Assembly (NCBI GenBank): GCA_043745805.1
Contig: JAYTSD010000038.1
Span: 1-64,000, forward strand
Direction: 5' to 3'
Length of the DNA stretch: 64,000 nucleotides
From: Fibrobacteria bacterium
GTDB taxonomy: Bacteria; Fibrobacterota; Fibrobacteria; UBA11236
Made by a program: the position numbers and the translations under genes. Shown one piece after another: positions 9,526 through 19,347 of the stretch. Numbering within the stretch: the first letter of the stretch is position 1; each line of letters starts with the position of its first letter. The notes under the pieces were generated by a model. That model did not search any database. It was not told where the DNA came from and worked only from the letters and a program-made list of their open reading frames with translations.

Positions 9526-10350
9526 ATGAAAACAAAAAGTTTAATCAGTAAATTAATACTTGGTTTAACCGTGAGCGCATTTGCTGGCGAAACCATTACT
9601 GTTAAAGGTTCGGACACCATGGTTATTATGGCACAACGTTGGGCTGAAGCCTATATGGGTTCACATCCTGAAGTTAACATTCAAGTTACAGGTGGCGGAT
9701 CCGGTACGGGTATTAGTGCTTTAATTAATGGTACTACCGATATTTGCGATGCCTCGCGCCCGATGAAATCGTCGGAAAGGGAAAGCTTAAAATCTCGTTT
9801 CAGTTCTTTAGGTGTAGAAATCAAAAGTGCAAAAGATGGTCTTGCGGTTTTTTTACATGAAAGTAATTCGGTAACCGAATTAACCCTCGGTCAAATCAAA
9901 GATATTTATACTGGTAAAATCAAAAACTGGAAAGAAATTGGTGGACCCGACGCGAAGATTATTATCTATGGTCGTGAAAATAATTCTGGTACCTATGTGT
10001 ATTTCCGTGACAATGTTTTGCAAGGTAAAGACTTCGTCGCGAGTATGCAAAGCATGCCAGGAACCGCAGCGGTAGTGAATGCCGTGTCTAAGGACAAAAT
10101 GGGTATTGGCTTTGGCGGCGCGGCTTATGGCAAAGGGATTAAATTCGCAAAAATAAAAAAAGATGCCAATTCCCCGGGTTATGAACCCAATTCGGAAACT
10201 GTGAAAAGTGGAACTTATCCAATTTCTCGCTATCTTTATATGTACACCAAAAGCCGTCCAACGGGCGAACTTAAGAAGTACATTGATTGGATTCTCAGCA
10301 ATGAAGGTCAAGCGATTGTCGAAAAAGTTGGTTATTTTTCTATTCGTTAA
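9526..10350 (+). CDS. pstS: Phosphate ABC transporter substrate-binding protein
   Basis: KGSDTM, GGGSGTGI, ASRPMK, GRENNSGTY, YPISRYLY; AGGAG RBS. Confidence 0.95.
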   Translation: MKTKSLISKLILGLTVSAFAGETITVKGSDTMVIMAQRWAEAYMGSHPEVNIQVTGGGSGTGISALINGTTDICDASRPMKSSERESLKSRFSSLGVEIKSAKDGLAVFLHESNSVTELTLGQIKDIYTGKIKNWKEIGGPDAKIIIYGRENNSGTYVYFRDNVLQGKDFVASMQSMPGTAAVVNAVSKDKMGIGFGGAAYGKGIKFAKIKKDANSPGYEPNSETVKSGTYPISRYLYMYTKSRPTGELKKYIDWILSNEGQAIVEKVGYFSIR

Positions 10351-10359
10351 AAAACATGT

Positions 10360-10380
10360 CGCATCCCTCAATGGGATGCG
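10360..10380 (+). other. Stable hairpin between pstS and pstC (likely mRNA-stabilising)
   Basis: CGCATCCC-TCAAT-GGGATGCG with no U-tract. Confidence 0.55.
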
Positions 10381-10397
10381 CACAACCCAAGAGTTAA

Positions 10398-11459
10398 ATG
10401 TTGGTTGATTTAAAAAAACAAAAACGCGAACCCCTTTCTTTAAAAAAACGCTTTCGGTTATCCGAGTTTTTGGCCGAAAAAATTATTACTTCTATTGCTT
10501 TTCTTTCTTTAGCTTTCATCGCTTTAATTTTTGTTTTCGTTTTTCGCGAAACTTACCCAATATTCCTTGAGCATAAATTTGCTGCATCGGCTAATCAAAC
10601 AACCGTGGGGGAGAGTGAGACTTATGGCGAAGAAGCCGCTGCTCCCGAGAGCAAAAATACAATGGAATCCGTGGTTACTCCTGAGGCCATTGAAAATGGA
10701 GTGGCCGCTTCTAATATATTTAGCACCGATTGGCAGCCAGTATCGCAACAACCAAAATATGGGATTTGGCCGTTAATTGCAGGTAGCTTTAAAGTTACCT
10801 TTGTGGCTATACTTATTGCTTTGCCGATGGGCGTTTTAGCAGCTTTATATACCTCTACTTTTGCCGCGAAGTGGGCTAAAGAATTAATGAAGCCGGCCAT
10901 TGAGATTCTGGCAGGATTTCCTTCTGTGGTTATTGGTTTTTTTGCCCTTATCGTGCTGGCTTCTCTTTGCCAAAAAATATTTGGTTATGAATATCGTCTC
11001 AATGCTTTTATTGGAGGCTTAGCGCTTTCGCTAGCGGTTATACCCATTATCTATACGCTTTCAGAAGATGCCCTTTCAGCAGTACCGAAGGTATTAACCG
11101 AGGCCAGCTTAGCCTTAGGTGCGACGCGCTGGGAAACCGCATTTTTTGTAGTGTTACCTGCGGCAACGCCGGGAATTTTTGCAGCCTCATTACTTGGGGT
11201 AGGCCGAGCTTTTGGGGAAACCATGATTGTACTTATGGCTACGGGTAATGCTGCCTTGTTATCTTTCCACCTATTTGAACCGGTACGTACCGTGTCGGCT
11301 ACTATCGGTGCTGAAATGGCCGAAGTGGTTTTTGGAGATACGCATTATCATGTATTATTCTTATTAGGATTAATGCTTTTTGTTTTCTCTTTTGCATTAA
11401 ATGCCATTGCGGAATTTTTAATTCGTCAAAAACTCATGAAGAAATTTAAGGGATTATAA
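10398..11459 (+). CDS. pstC: Phosphate ABC transporter permease PstC
   Basis: [41 protein letters not shown]. Confidence 0.95.
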   Translation: MLVDLKKQKREPLSLKKRFRLSEFLAEKIITSIAFLSLAFIALIFVFVFRETYPIFLEHKFAASANQTTVGESETYGEEAAAPESKNTMESVVTPEAIENGVAASNIFSTDWQPVSQQPKYGIWPLIAGSFKVTFVAILIALPMGVLAALYTSTFAAKWAKELMKPAIEILAGFPSVVIGFFALIVLASLCQKIFGYEYRLNAFIGGLALSLAVIPIIYTLSEDALSAVPKVLTEASLALGATRWETAFFVVLPAATPGIFAASLLGVGRAFGETMIVLMATGNAALLSFHLFEPVRTVSATIGAEMAEVVFGDTHYHVLFLLGLMLFVFSFALNAIAEFLIRQKLMKKFKGL

Positions 11460-12364
11460 TGACCTTGAAGAAAAAAATAACGGGACATCTTGTCGAATTG
11501 ATCACGGGAGCGAGTGCATTTCTAATTATCGCTGCGGTAGCTTGGGTGTTAATAGAAATATTTGTGGGTGGCCATAAAGATCTCACTTGGGTATTTTTAA
11601 CCCATGCTCCAGAAGAAGGCATGACGGGCGGAGGAATATTTCCAGCTATTGTCGGGACTTTTTTTTTAGTACTAATGATGTCTATTGCCGGTGTCCCCAT
11701 TGGCACGCTTACCGCGATTTATTTAAGTGAATATGTAAAGCAAGGATCTTGGATTGCTAAATGGATACGTTTCGCTGTAAATACACTTTCAGGAATTCCC
11801 GCTATTGTATTTGGTTTATTTGGCTTGGGATTTTTTGTGCAATTTGTTGGCGGTGGCATGGATAAGGCTTTTACGCCCGTCGGAAAATTGCATTGGGCGC
11901 AACCCAATTTATTATGGGCCAGCTTAACTATGGCTTTATTGACTTTGCCGGTAGTGATTGTTTCTGTAGAAGAAGCGATTAAAAATGTTCCACGTGATTT
12001 GCGAGAAGCGAGTTTAGCTTTAGGAGCAACCAAATGGCAAACTATTCTTAAAGTGGTTATCCCTAATTCTATGACAGGTATTTTAACCGGTGGGATTTTA
12101 GCCGTGAGTCGTGGGGCCGGCGAAGTAGCGCCTATTTTATTTACAGGGGCTGCCTATTTTTTGCCGCATTTACCGACCTCAACTTCCGATCAATTTATGG
12201 AACTAGGCTATCATATATACATCATGTCTACCCAAAGTGCTGATGTGGAAAAGACCCGTGGCATTCAGTATGCTACCACATTAGTTTTATTATTACTCAC
12301 ATTTACCCTAAACTTCTCAGCCATATTTATGCGTTATAAAATGCGTCGTCGTATGTTGGCTTAA
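11459..12364 (+). CDS. pstA: Phosphate ABC transporter permease PstA
   Basis: [41 protein letters not shown]. Confidence 0.95.
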   Translation: MTLKKKITGHLVELITGASAFLIIAAVAWVLIEIFVGGHKDLTWVFLTHAPEEGMTGGGIFPAIVGTFFLVLMMSIAGVPIGTLTAIYLSEYVKQGSWIAKWIRFAVNTLSGIPAIVFGLFGLGFFVQFVGGGMDKAFTPVGKLHWAQPNLLWASLTMALLTLPVVIVSVEEAIKNVPRDLREASLALGATKWQTILKVVIPNSMTGILTGGILAVSRGAGEVAPILFTGAAYFLPHLPTSTSDQFMELGYHIYIMSTQSADVEKTRGIQYATTLVLLLLTFTLNFSAIFMRYKMRRRMLA

Positions 12365-12383
12365 GAATAAACAAGAGGATTTA

Positions 12384-13172
12384 ATGGCAACACTCGAAAT
12401 AAACGCCGCCGTTACGGCAACGGAAAAATTGAAAGTAGACAATTTTAATTTGTTTTATGGTCAAAAACATGCCTTGAAGAATGTGTCTTTAAAAATGCCT
12501 GAGCATAAAGTAACGGCTTTTATTGGTCCTTCGGGATGCGGTAAAAGTACCTTGATCCGTTCGTTAAATCGTATGAATGATTTAATTGAGAATGTAAAAA
12601 TTGAGGGTAAAGTCTTTGTCGACGGTATTGATATTTACGATAAAAAAGTCGATGAAGTGGAGCTACGAAAAAAAGTGGGAATGATTTTTCAAAAATCTAA
12701 CCCTTTTCCCAAATCTATTTACGAAAATGTGGCTTATGGTCCCCGTATTCATGGTTTAAAAGATAAAGCCGAAATGGATGTGATTGTAGAAAAATGTTTG
12801 CGTGGCGCTGCTTTGTGGGATGAAGTAAAAGATGATTTGAAAAAAAGCGCTTTAGCTTTATCGGGTGGTCAACAACAAAGACTTTGTATTGCCCGTGCCT
12901 TGGCTGTTAATCCCGAAGTATTATTAATGGATGAACCGGCTTCCGCATTGGATCCTATCGCTACGGCAAAAATCGAAGAATTGGTTTATGAATTAAAAGA
13001 TCATTATACTATTGTAATCGTTACGCATAATATGCAACAAGCGGCGCGAGTGAGTGATTTTACGGCCTTCTTTTATTTAGGCCAACTCATTGAAGTGGAT
13101 GCTACCGAAAAAATATTTACTTCACCAAAAGTAAAACAAACTGAAGACTATATAACGGGGAGATTTGGCTAA
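12384..13172 (+). CDS. pstB: Phosphate ABC transporter ATPase
   Basis: [53 protein letters not shown]. Confidence 0.97.
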   Translation: MATLEINAAVTATEKLKVDNFNLFYGQKHALKNVSLKMPEHKVTAFIGPSGCGKSTLIRSLNRMNDLIENVKIEGKVFVDGIDIYDKKVDEVELRKKVGMIFQKSNPFPKSIYENVAYGPRIHGLKDKAEMDVIVEKCLRGAALWDEVKDDLKKSALALSGGQQQRLCIARALAVNPEVLLMDEPASALDPIATAKIEELVYELKDHYTIVIVTHNMQQAARVSDFTAFFYLGQLIEVDATEKIFTSPKVKQTEDYITGRFG

Positions 13173-13843
13173 TGGAAAGACATTTCGAAAAAGAATTAAA
13201 CAATTTAAAAGCGATGCTCCAAAAAATGGCGGGACTCGCGGAAGAGTCCTTAGCATTGTGTACCCGCGCTTTATTGGAAGGCAATAAAGAATATGCAGAG
13301 CAAACTTTTGCGAATGAGCGCTTAATTAATGCCTTAGAAATTGATATCGATCATCATGTAGCCGATTTCTTCGCCCTGCATCAGCCTGTGGCTATTGATT
13401 TGCGCTTTATGTTGGCTATCGAAAAGATTAATAATGATTTAGAGCGCATTGGCGATCATTGCGTGAACATCGCTCAATCTGCCATTAGTTATATCAGCTT
13501 TGCGGAAAAAAAAGATTTAATAGAATTGCCTAAAATGACGGTTATCGCCCGTTCGATGTTACACGATGCCGTAGAAAGTTTTTTTACAAAAAATGCTCAA
13601 TTGGCTCGCACGGTTTTGGAAACGGATGATATGATTGACGATTTAAATCGTTCCATGACTCGAGAAGTGATTAATCTGGCGAAGAGTGATAAGGCTTCTG
13701 TAGAATTAGCTTTTGAACTTTTGCGTGTGAGCAAAAATTTGGAACGCATTTCCGATTTATCAACCAATATTGCCGAAGAAATGATCTTTCATGTGCAAGC
13801 CCGTGTGGTTAAGCATCATGCAGAAGATTACAAAGATATTTAA
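13172..13843 (+). CDS. phoU: Phosphate signalling regulator PhoU
   Basis: QPVAIDLR, DLERIGDH, NLERISDLSTNIAE; last gene of the pst operon. Confidence 0.95.
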   Translation: MERHFEKELNNLKAMLQKMAGLAEESLALCTRALLEGNKEYAEQTFANERLINALEIDIDHHVADFFALHQPVAIDLRFMLAIEKINNDLERIGDHCVNIAQSAISYISFAEKKDLIELPKMTVIARSMLHDAVESFFTKNAQLARTVLETDDMIDDLNRSMTREVINLAKSDKASVELAFELLRVSKNLERISDLSTNIAEEMIFHVQARVVKHHAEDYKDI

Positions 13844-13866
13844 AACACATTATTTTTTTCACTTTT

Positions 13867-13894
13867 AAAAGACCTAATTTTTAGGTCTTTTTTT
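13867..13894. terminator. Bidirectional intrinsic terminator between phoU and ppk1
   Basis: AAAAGACCTAA-TTT-TTAGGTCTTTTTTT between convergent genes. Confidence 0.8.
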
Positions 13895-13902
13895 GTGCGA
13901 TT

Positions 13903-16056
13903 TTATTTTTGCTGGGCGTTTTCCGTGATCGGAAAATGTTCCGTTTTTATTTCTACTAATTTTCTTGTTTGAATTTTAAATTCGGCAAGGAAGGATGATG
14001 CTATGAGGGGCGGCTGGCTCATGAGAATTTTTTGCGCATCGATTTTATTTTTTTCCTCACGCCGCCATTTGTATTGCCCATCGCTTTGCATAGAGTGGGA
14101 TTTTGCTGTATCCGCCCAATACAATTCTAAAATAGCTTCCATTCTGGATTTTAAATCTGCCTGAGTAATGGGAACTAATACTTCAACTCTATCGCGTAAA
14201 TTTCGCTTCATCCAATCGGCGCTACCTAAAAATAATAATGGCTCACCTTGGTTACCGTAACAAAATATTCGACTATGCTCTAAATACCGACCGACCACGC
14301 TAATGACTTCTATATTCTCGCTTAAACCTTTAATGCCAGGCCTTAAAGAGCAAATGCCGCGTACAATTAAGCGAATTGTTACTCCAGCTTGCGAGGCGGC
14401 ATACAGGGCTTCGATTAACTCGGCATCCACCAAGGCATTCATTTTTGCCATAATGAGTGTGGGCTTATTTTCTTTAGCCCATTCAGTTTCCGCTTTGATT
14501 AAACGTAAGGTTTCGTTTAATAAATTAACCGGCGCTACCAATAGGGATTTGAAATCGGGAAAATTGGAATAGGCACTGAGGAAATTAAATACATCACCCA
14601 CTCCAGCGGTGATTTCTTCAGCACAAGTAAAAAAACTTAAGTCGGTATAAAATTTAGCAGTATCGGGATTGTAATTGCCGGTTCCAATATGCGCGTATAT
14701 TCTTAGCTCCGATCCTTCACGTCTCGTGATCAAAGTTATTTTACAATGAGTTTTGTAGCCCACCACACCATAAAGTACCGTGCCGCCTTTTTCCTCTAAT
14801 TGTCGCGCCCAGTTAATATTGGATTTCTCATCGAAACGTGCTTGTAATTCAACAATGGCCACCACTTCCTTTTCTTGTTCGGCAGCACTTTGTAAGGCAC
14901 GCATAATAGGAGATTCTAAACTGGTGCGATAAAGCGTTTGTTTAATCGCCAGCACGGTGGGATCTTTTGCAGCACTTTTAATAAATTCCACAACGGGATC
15001 ATAGGATTCAAAAGGATGATGTAACAGAATATCATTTTGTTTGATCTGCTCAAAAATACCCAATGATGAAGGGCTTAAAGTATTAATTGGTATATGAATA
15101 GGATATTTTAAATGGCCTGAGGAGAGGGCTTGATATAGGCCCATTAAGCGATTAAGATTTACTGGACCATTCACCCGAAAAACCAAAAAAGGCACTAAAT
15201 CAAGTTTAGCCATTAATGCTTCAATGAGCAGCTCGGGAGCATCTTTTTCAATTTCTAAGCGCACAACATCGCCTTTACGCCTATCGTGGACTACGCTTTC
15301 AACGGCTTCTATTAAATTTTCATTATCGTCCGAGTCGAGGTAAAGGTTGCTGTTGCGGGTAATTCTAAAGGAGGTGCAGTATTGAATCGAATATCCTTTA
15401 AACAATTCTTGCACAAAATGACGAATAATTTCATATAAAAAAATAAACGAGGTTTGCGAATTATTTCCTGGAATTCGAATGAGTCGCGGTAAGCTGCGAG
15501 GTACGGTGATAATCCCTAAGCTTTCCGCAGGAGCTTGGCTGTCCGTCCCCAAAAACACCGCCATACACAAAGCTTTATTTAATAAGCGCGGAAAAGGATG
15601 TGCGGGATCGACTTTAATGGGTGTGAGTAAGGGATAAACTTCATGCAAGAAATAATGTTGTAATGCAGCGGTTTCATGCGCATGTAAATCCGAAAAATCT
15701 TTGATACGAATATTCTCTGCTTCGAGCAGAGGTAACAGCTCTTCATTCCAACATTGATATTGTTGGGCGTTGAGGCGATTTATTCTTTGCAATAATAGCT
15801 TTAGTTTTTCCGAACAATCCATTTCTGCGATGCCATCCGCAGGTATAGCAAATTCAATTTTTTGCAAGAGTGCTGCAATGCGGACTTCGAAAAATTCATC
15901 CATATTGTTGGCCACAATAGAGAGAAATTTAATGCGCTCCAATAATGGATTTTCATCGTTACGAGACTCACAAAATACGCGTTCATTAAAGGCTAACCAA
16001 GAAAAATCTCGGTCAATGTATCGACTATGCTTTTTTTGATCTGATAGTGTTACCAA
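13903..16056 (-). CDS. ppk1: Polyphosphate kinase 1
   Basis: RDFSWLAFNERV, NMDEFFEVR, HPFP, LLHHPFESY, IKQTLYRT, KTHCK, GTGNYN, GRYLEHSR, GSADWM.RN; TTG start. Confidence 0.97.
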   Translation of the reverse strand: MVTLSDQKKHSRYIDRDFSWLAFNERVFCESRNDENPLLERIKFLSIVANNMDEFFEVRIAALLQKIEFAIPADGIAEMDCSEKLKLLLQRINRLNAQQYQCWNEELLPLLEAENIRIKDFSDLHAHETAALQHYFLHEVYPLLTPIKVDPAHPFPRLLNKALCMAVFLGTDSQAPAESLGIITVPRSLPRLIRIPGNNSQTSFIFLYEIIRHFVQELFKGYSIQYCTSFRITRNSNLYLDSDDNENLIEAVESVVHDRRKGDVVRLEIEKDAPELLIEALMAKLDLVPFLVFRVNGPVNLNRLMGLYQALSSGHLKYPIHIPINTLSPSSLGIFEQIKQNDILLHHPFESYDPVVEFIKSAAKDPTVLAIKQTLYRTSLESPIMRALQSAAEQEKEVVAIVELQARFDEKSNINWARQLEEKGGTVLYGVVGYKTHCKITLITRREGSELRIYAHIGTGNYNPDTAKFYTDLSFFTCAEEITAGVGDVFNFLSAYSNFPDFKSLLVAPVNLLNETLRLIKAETEWAKENKPTLIMAKMNALVDAELIEALYAASQAGVTIRLIVRGICSLRPGIKGLSENIEVISVVGRYLEHSRIFCYGNQGEPLLFLGSADWMKRNLRDRVEVLVPITQADLKSRMEAILELYWADTAKSHSMQSDGQYKWRREEKNKIDAQKILMSQPPLIASSFLAEFKIQTRKLVEIKTEHFPITENAQQK

Positions 16057-16205
16057 TCTTCCTCATCCTCTTCTTCATCAGGTCGAGGTTCTTCATCAGG
16101 TTCGGGAAGTCCTTCAATATCATAATCATTTATAGTAAACGTTGGGTTTTTGCAAGACGATAAACCCTGTTTGTCTAGCGAATAGTAAATTCGAGTTGTA
16201 GACAT
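16050..16205 (-). CDS. 51-aa acidic microprotein overlapping the ppk1 start
   Basis: AGGAG 5 nt before ATG 16205; MSTTRIYYSL...PEPDEEPRPDEEEDEEDW; last 7 nt (TTGGTAA) overlap the ppk1 start. Confidence 0.65.
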   Translation of the reverse strand: MSTTRIYYSLDKQGLSSCKNPTFTINDYDIEGLPEPDEEPRPDEEEDEEDW

Positions 16206-16273
16206 AAAAACTCCTGTTTTAAAGGGATTTTGCCTCAAAAAGGACCAAAATCACTCGTCTTATTTCTGTATTC

Positions 16274-16329
16274 ATTATAAGAACTAAGGTAATAGCGAGT
16301 TTTTTCATGGCAGTTACAAATGGGTTTCG
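16274..16329 (-). promoter_or_regulatory. Activator-type promoter for microprotein-ppk1
   Basis: Minus-strand TATAAT (16279-16274) with no recognisable -35; minus-strand CGAAAC, TGTAAC, TGAAAA at + positions 16324, 16313, 16302 (11-bp period). Confidence 0.6.
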
Positions 16330-16335
16330 TTTTAT

Positions 16336-16367
16336 TTATCCACAATTCTACTAACAGGTGTGAATAG
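16336..16367. promoter_or_regulatory. Pair of oppositely oriented DnaA-box-like nonamers
   Basis: TTATCCACA (16336-16344, perfect) and TGTGAATAG (16359-16367, one mismatch to TGTGNATAA). Confidence 0.35.
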
Positions 16368-16597
16368 TTATGAAATTAATAGGAATGGCTAAGTTACGCC
16401 ACTTACACGATGCGGAAACTTCAATGTAACCTTTAGGTATTCCTTTAAGTATAGATTTTATAGGGCTAAAGCGATTTTATGAATTTAACATCAAATTGTA
16501 ACAGATTAGACATTTTCTAGAAAATCGTTGCTAGCTCAAATGCAATATCATAAGAGTAAATTAAGCTTAAAGAATTTTAGCACAAGCGAAGGTAACT

Positions 16598-16792
16598 ATG
16601 AAAACTCTTTATCCTCTTCGATCGTTTAGTCGAGCATTAAGCGGGCATGAAGAAAATCAAAATGACTCGTCACTAATTTTGGCCTATAAACGGTTTTTAG
16701 CCGACGATGAGTTTAATCTCGAAGATCTTCAATTATTTCGGCAAGCATTTGGATCGAGCGAAGATGCACAAACCCGCTCCCGCCATCATTAA
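16598..16792 (+). CDS. Hypothetical 64-aa protein
   Basis: GAAGG before ATG; fills an otherwise empty intergenic gap; no recognised domain. Confidence 0.45.
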   Translation: MKTLYPLRSFSRALSGHEENQNDSSLILAYKRFLADDEFNLEDLQLFRQAFGSSEDAQTRSRHH

Positions 16793-16919
16793 TTTTTTTT
16801 TGAAAAAGTGCTGTTTCTAGGGCATTACTAGCATAAATCGCAATAAGGCATCGATCATCTTGTCGGGATGGCAACGGTTGCGATGATTTTTGTTAATTTC
16901 TCTTTATAGGAGAATAACT

Positions 16920-17858
16920 GTGAAAATTTATTTAGCATCCCCTAGAGGTTTTTGTGCTGGTGTGGATAGAGCCATCAGCATTGTCGAAAAGGCAATTGAA
17001 AAATTTGGGGCGCCCGTATATGTGCGCCATGAAATAGTGCATAATCAAGCAGTAGTTTCTCGCCTCAAAGAAATTGGTGCCATTTTCGTTGAAGAATTAT
17101 CGGAAGTACCCAATGGAGCAGTAGCAATTTTCTCTGCCCATGGCGTGCCTAAAGCCGTTTATCACGATGCCTCTTCGCGCCAATTATTAACGGTAGATGC
17201 GACTTGCCCTTTAGTGAAAAAAGTTCATTCAGCGGTAATGCGTTATAGTAAAAATGAAATGCAGATTATTCTTATCGGGCATCGCGGACATCCAGAAGTG
17301 GTGGGGACTATGGGGCAATTACAAGAAGGCCGCATGTTATTAGTGGAAAAACCGGAAGATGTTTGGAAATTGGAAAATATTGATGAAAATCATTTAGCCT
17401 ATACCACGCAAACCACTTTGTCTATTGGTGAAACCAAGGAAATCATTGACGCCTTACGTGAACGCTTTCCAAATATTAAAGGTCCTGAAAAAGGGGACCT
17501 CTGTTATGCCACTACCAATCGCCAACAAGCGGTAATGGAAATGGTGCAAAAGGTGGATTTATTATTAGTTGTAGGATCGTCTAATAGTTCTAACTCTAAT
17601 CGATTGCGTGAATTAGGGGAGAGAATGGGGAAACCTTCTTATTTGATAGATGGCCCGCAAAATGTTCAGCGAGAATGGTTTGAAGGCGTTGAATTTGTTG
17701 GGATTTCTTCTGGCGCATCGGCTCCTGAGGATTTGGTACAAGATGTGGTGAAGTGGATTCAAAAAGAATTTCCAGGAACACCTTCCGAAGATTTCATTAT
17801 CTTGGAAGAGAATGTGCGTTTTTCTCTACCCGATATTTTAAACAAAGCCATTGCTTAA
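16920..17858 (+). CDS. ispH: 4-hydroxy-3-methylbut-2-enyl diphosphate reductase
   Basis: PRGFCAGVDRA, HEIVHN, FSAHG, DATCPLV.KVH, GH.GHPEV, TQTTLS, CYATTNRQ, SSNSNRL; AGGAG before GTG 16920. Confidence 0.97.
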   Translation: MKIYLASPRGFCAGVDRAISIVEKAIEKFGAPVYVRHEIVHNQAVVSRLKEIGAIFVEELSEVPNGAVAIFSAHGVPKAVYHDASSRQLLTVDATCPLVKKVHSAVMRYSKNEMQIILIGHRGHPEVVGTMGQLQEGRMLLVEKPEDVWKLENIDENHLAYTTQTTLSIGETKEIIDALRERFPNIKGPEKGDLCYATTNRQQAVMEMVQKVDLLLVVGSSNSSNSNRLRELGERMGKPSYLIDGPQNVQREWFEGVEFVGISSGASAPEDLVQDVVKWIQKEFPGTPSEDFIILEENVRFSLPDILNKAIA

Positions 17859-18924
17859 AGCGCCACGCCATTTAGCTTTTTTTATTACCGGACATGGTTT
17901 TGGGCATGGAGTGCGCGAAAGCAGTTTAATTAATGCCTTGCCTCCTGAAATAAATGTCACGATTTTTACCTCGCTTCCCGAACTTTTTTTTCGCGAAGAA
18001 TTAAAAAATCCTTTTACCTATGAATATTGTGAAATCGATTGTGGTTGTATACAACGTAACACTATTGAAGTAGATATTATTGCCACTTTAGAAGCGTATC
18101 AAAAGATCAATGCACAACGTGATGAATTGATAGCTCATTATTCGCAACGATTAAAAGACATTGCTGCCGAGGGAGTGATAGGTGATATTCCTCCTTTGGC
18201 TTTTCCAATTGCCCAGGCGGCTAATCTTTCTTCATGGGCGATAGGGAATTTTTCTTGGGCGGAAATTTATGCCCCTTATATCGAAGCTCATCCACAATAT
18301 GCGGCTTTACTCGTCGCAATCAAAGCAGACTATGCTTTGGCCACGCAACATTTTTATTTACATCCAGGCTTTCCGCAGCAATCTTTTCCTCAAAGCCTAA
18401 ACATTGGCATATTGGCGCGTCAGGGCGAAAGTCGTCGGCACCAATTGGCTGAACGCTTTGGTTTAAACAACCATAAAAAATGGTGCTTAGTGTATATGGG
18501 GAATTATGGATTAGACGGCGTGGTATGGAAAAAACTTGCTGAGCTTTCTGAATGGGAATTCTTCGGGCTTTATGCCTTAGCAGGAGCGGCAGCCAATTAC
18601 CATATTTTGCAAAAAGATGCCGATTATAGCTATGCCGATTTAACCGCAAGCTGTGATTTGGTACTCGGGAAATTGGGCTATGGCTTAGTTTCGGAATGCT
18701 TAGCTTATGCTAAACCGGTACTATTTTTGGGTCGCCGCGATTTTTGTGAATTCGAAGCTTTAAAAAGTCTTTTGGAGAAAAAGGGCCAAGGTTTGGAAAT
18801 AAGCTGGGAGAAGCTGCAAAATTTGCAAATTAGTACGGAAATGGGGCAGTTAATGCAGGCCAATGTAACTCCTGAACCCGCTCATGGCGTAGCAAATTTT
18901 TTATCGGCTATGGGATATAAATAG
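17851..18924 (+). CDS. GT-B fold glycosyltransferase resembling the N-terminal domain of plant L-arabinokinase
   Basis: FITGHGFGH, DIPPLAF, NFSW.EIY, KLGYGLVSEC motifs; overlaps the ispH stop. Confidence 0.7.
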   Translation: MLKAPRHLAFFITGHGFGHGVRESSLINALPPEINVTIFTSLPELFFREELKNPFTYEYCEIDCGCIQRNTIEVDIIATLEAYQKINAQRDELIAHYSQRLKDIAAEGVIGDIPPLAFPIAQAANLSSWAIGNFSWAEIYAPYIEAHPQYAALLVAIKADYALATQHFYLHPGFPQQSFPQSLNIGILARQGESRRHQLAERFGLNNHKKWCLVYMGNYGLDGVVWKKLAELSEWEFFGLYALAGAAANYHILQKDADYSYADLTASCDLVLGKLGYGLVSECLAYAKPVLFLGRRDFCEFEALKSLLEKKGQGLEISWEKLQNLQISTEMGQLMQANVTPEPAHGVANFLSAMGYK

Positions 18925-18939
18925 ATAAGATTAATACCC

Positions 18940-18968
18940 TAGAAAATATCCCACAATAATATTACCTT
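18940..18968 (+). promoter_or_regulatory. Sigma70-type promoter of rpmB
   Basis: TAGAAA-N17-TACCTT; same -10 hexamer as the rpsF promoter. Confidence 0.45.
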
Positions 18969-19000
18969 AGCACTTTCATTTTTAAAAAGTTCGAGGATGT

Positions 19001-19231
19001 ATGAGCCGTAGATGTGAAGTGACCGGAAAGACCAGACAAAGAGGCAATCAGGTTTCGCATGCCATGAATCATACGCGTAAATTCTTCAATGTGAATTTAC
19101 ACAAAAAAAGATTTTGGATTCCTGAAGAAAAACGCTGGGTAACGCTTAAAATTTCTGGTGCGGGCTTACGCTATATTGCTAAAAATGGCATTTCTGCTGC
19201 GCTAAAACATGCGGCAGAACTCGTTAAATAG
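19001..19231 (+). CDS. rpmB: 50S ribosomal protein L28
   Basis: MSRRCEVTGK...GNQVSHA.NHTRK.F.VNL.KKRFW. Confidence 0.97.
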   Translation: MSRRCEVTGKTRQRGNQVSHAMNHTRKFFNVNLHKKRFWIPEEKRWVTLKISGAGLRYIAKNGISAALKHAAELVK

Positions 19232-19280
19232 TTTTTACTTATAAAATTGTCCGATGGCTGTAAAAAGCTTTCGACCATAA

Positions 19281-19318
19281 ATAAAAAAAGCCGACTTAAT
19301 TAAGTCGGCTTTTTTTAT
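19281..19318. terminator. Bidirectional terminator (perfect 38-bp palindrome)
   Basis: ATAAAAAAAGCCGACTTAA|TTAAGTCGGCTTTTTTTAT between convergent rpmB and the two-component cluster. Confidence 0.85.
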
Positions 19319-19347
19319 GGTTTTAATTTGACCACTGCTCAGTTTGA

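Noticed and set aside
16240-16597. oriC
   Set aside because: Only two DnaA-like boxes, with no dnaA/dnaN/parAB context; skew cannot be judged here.
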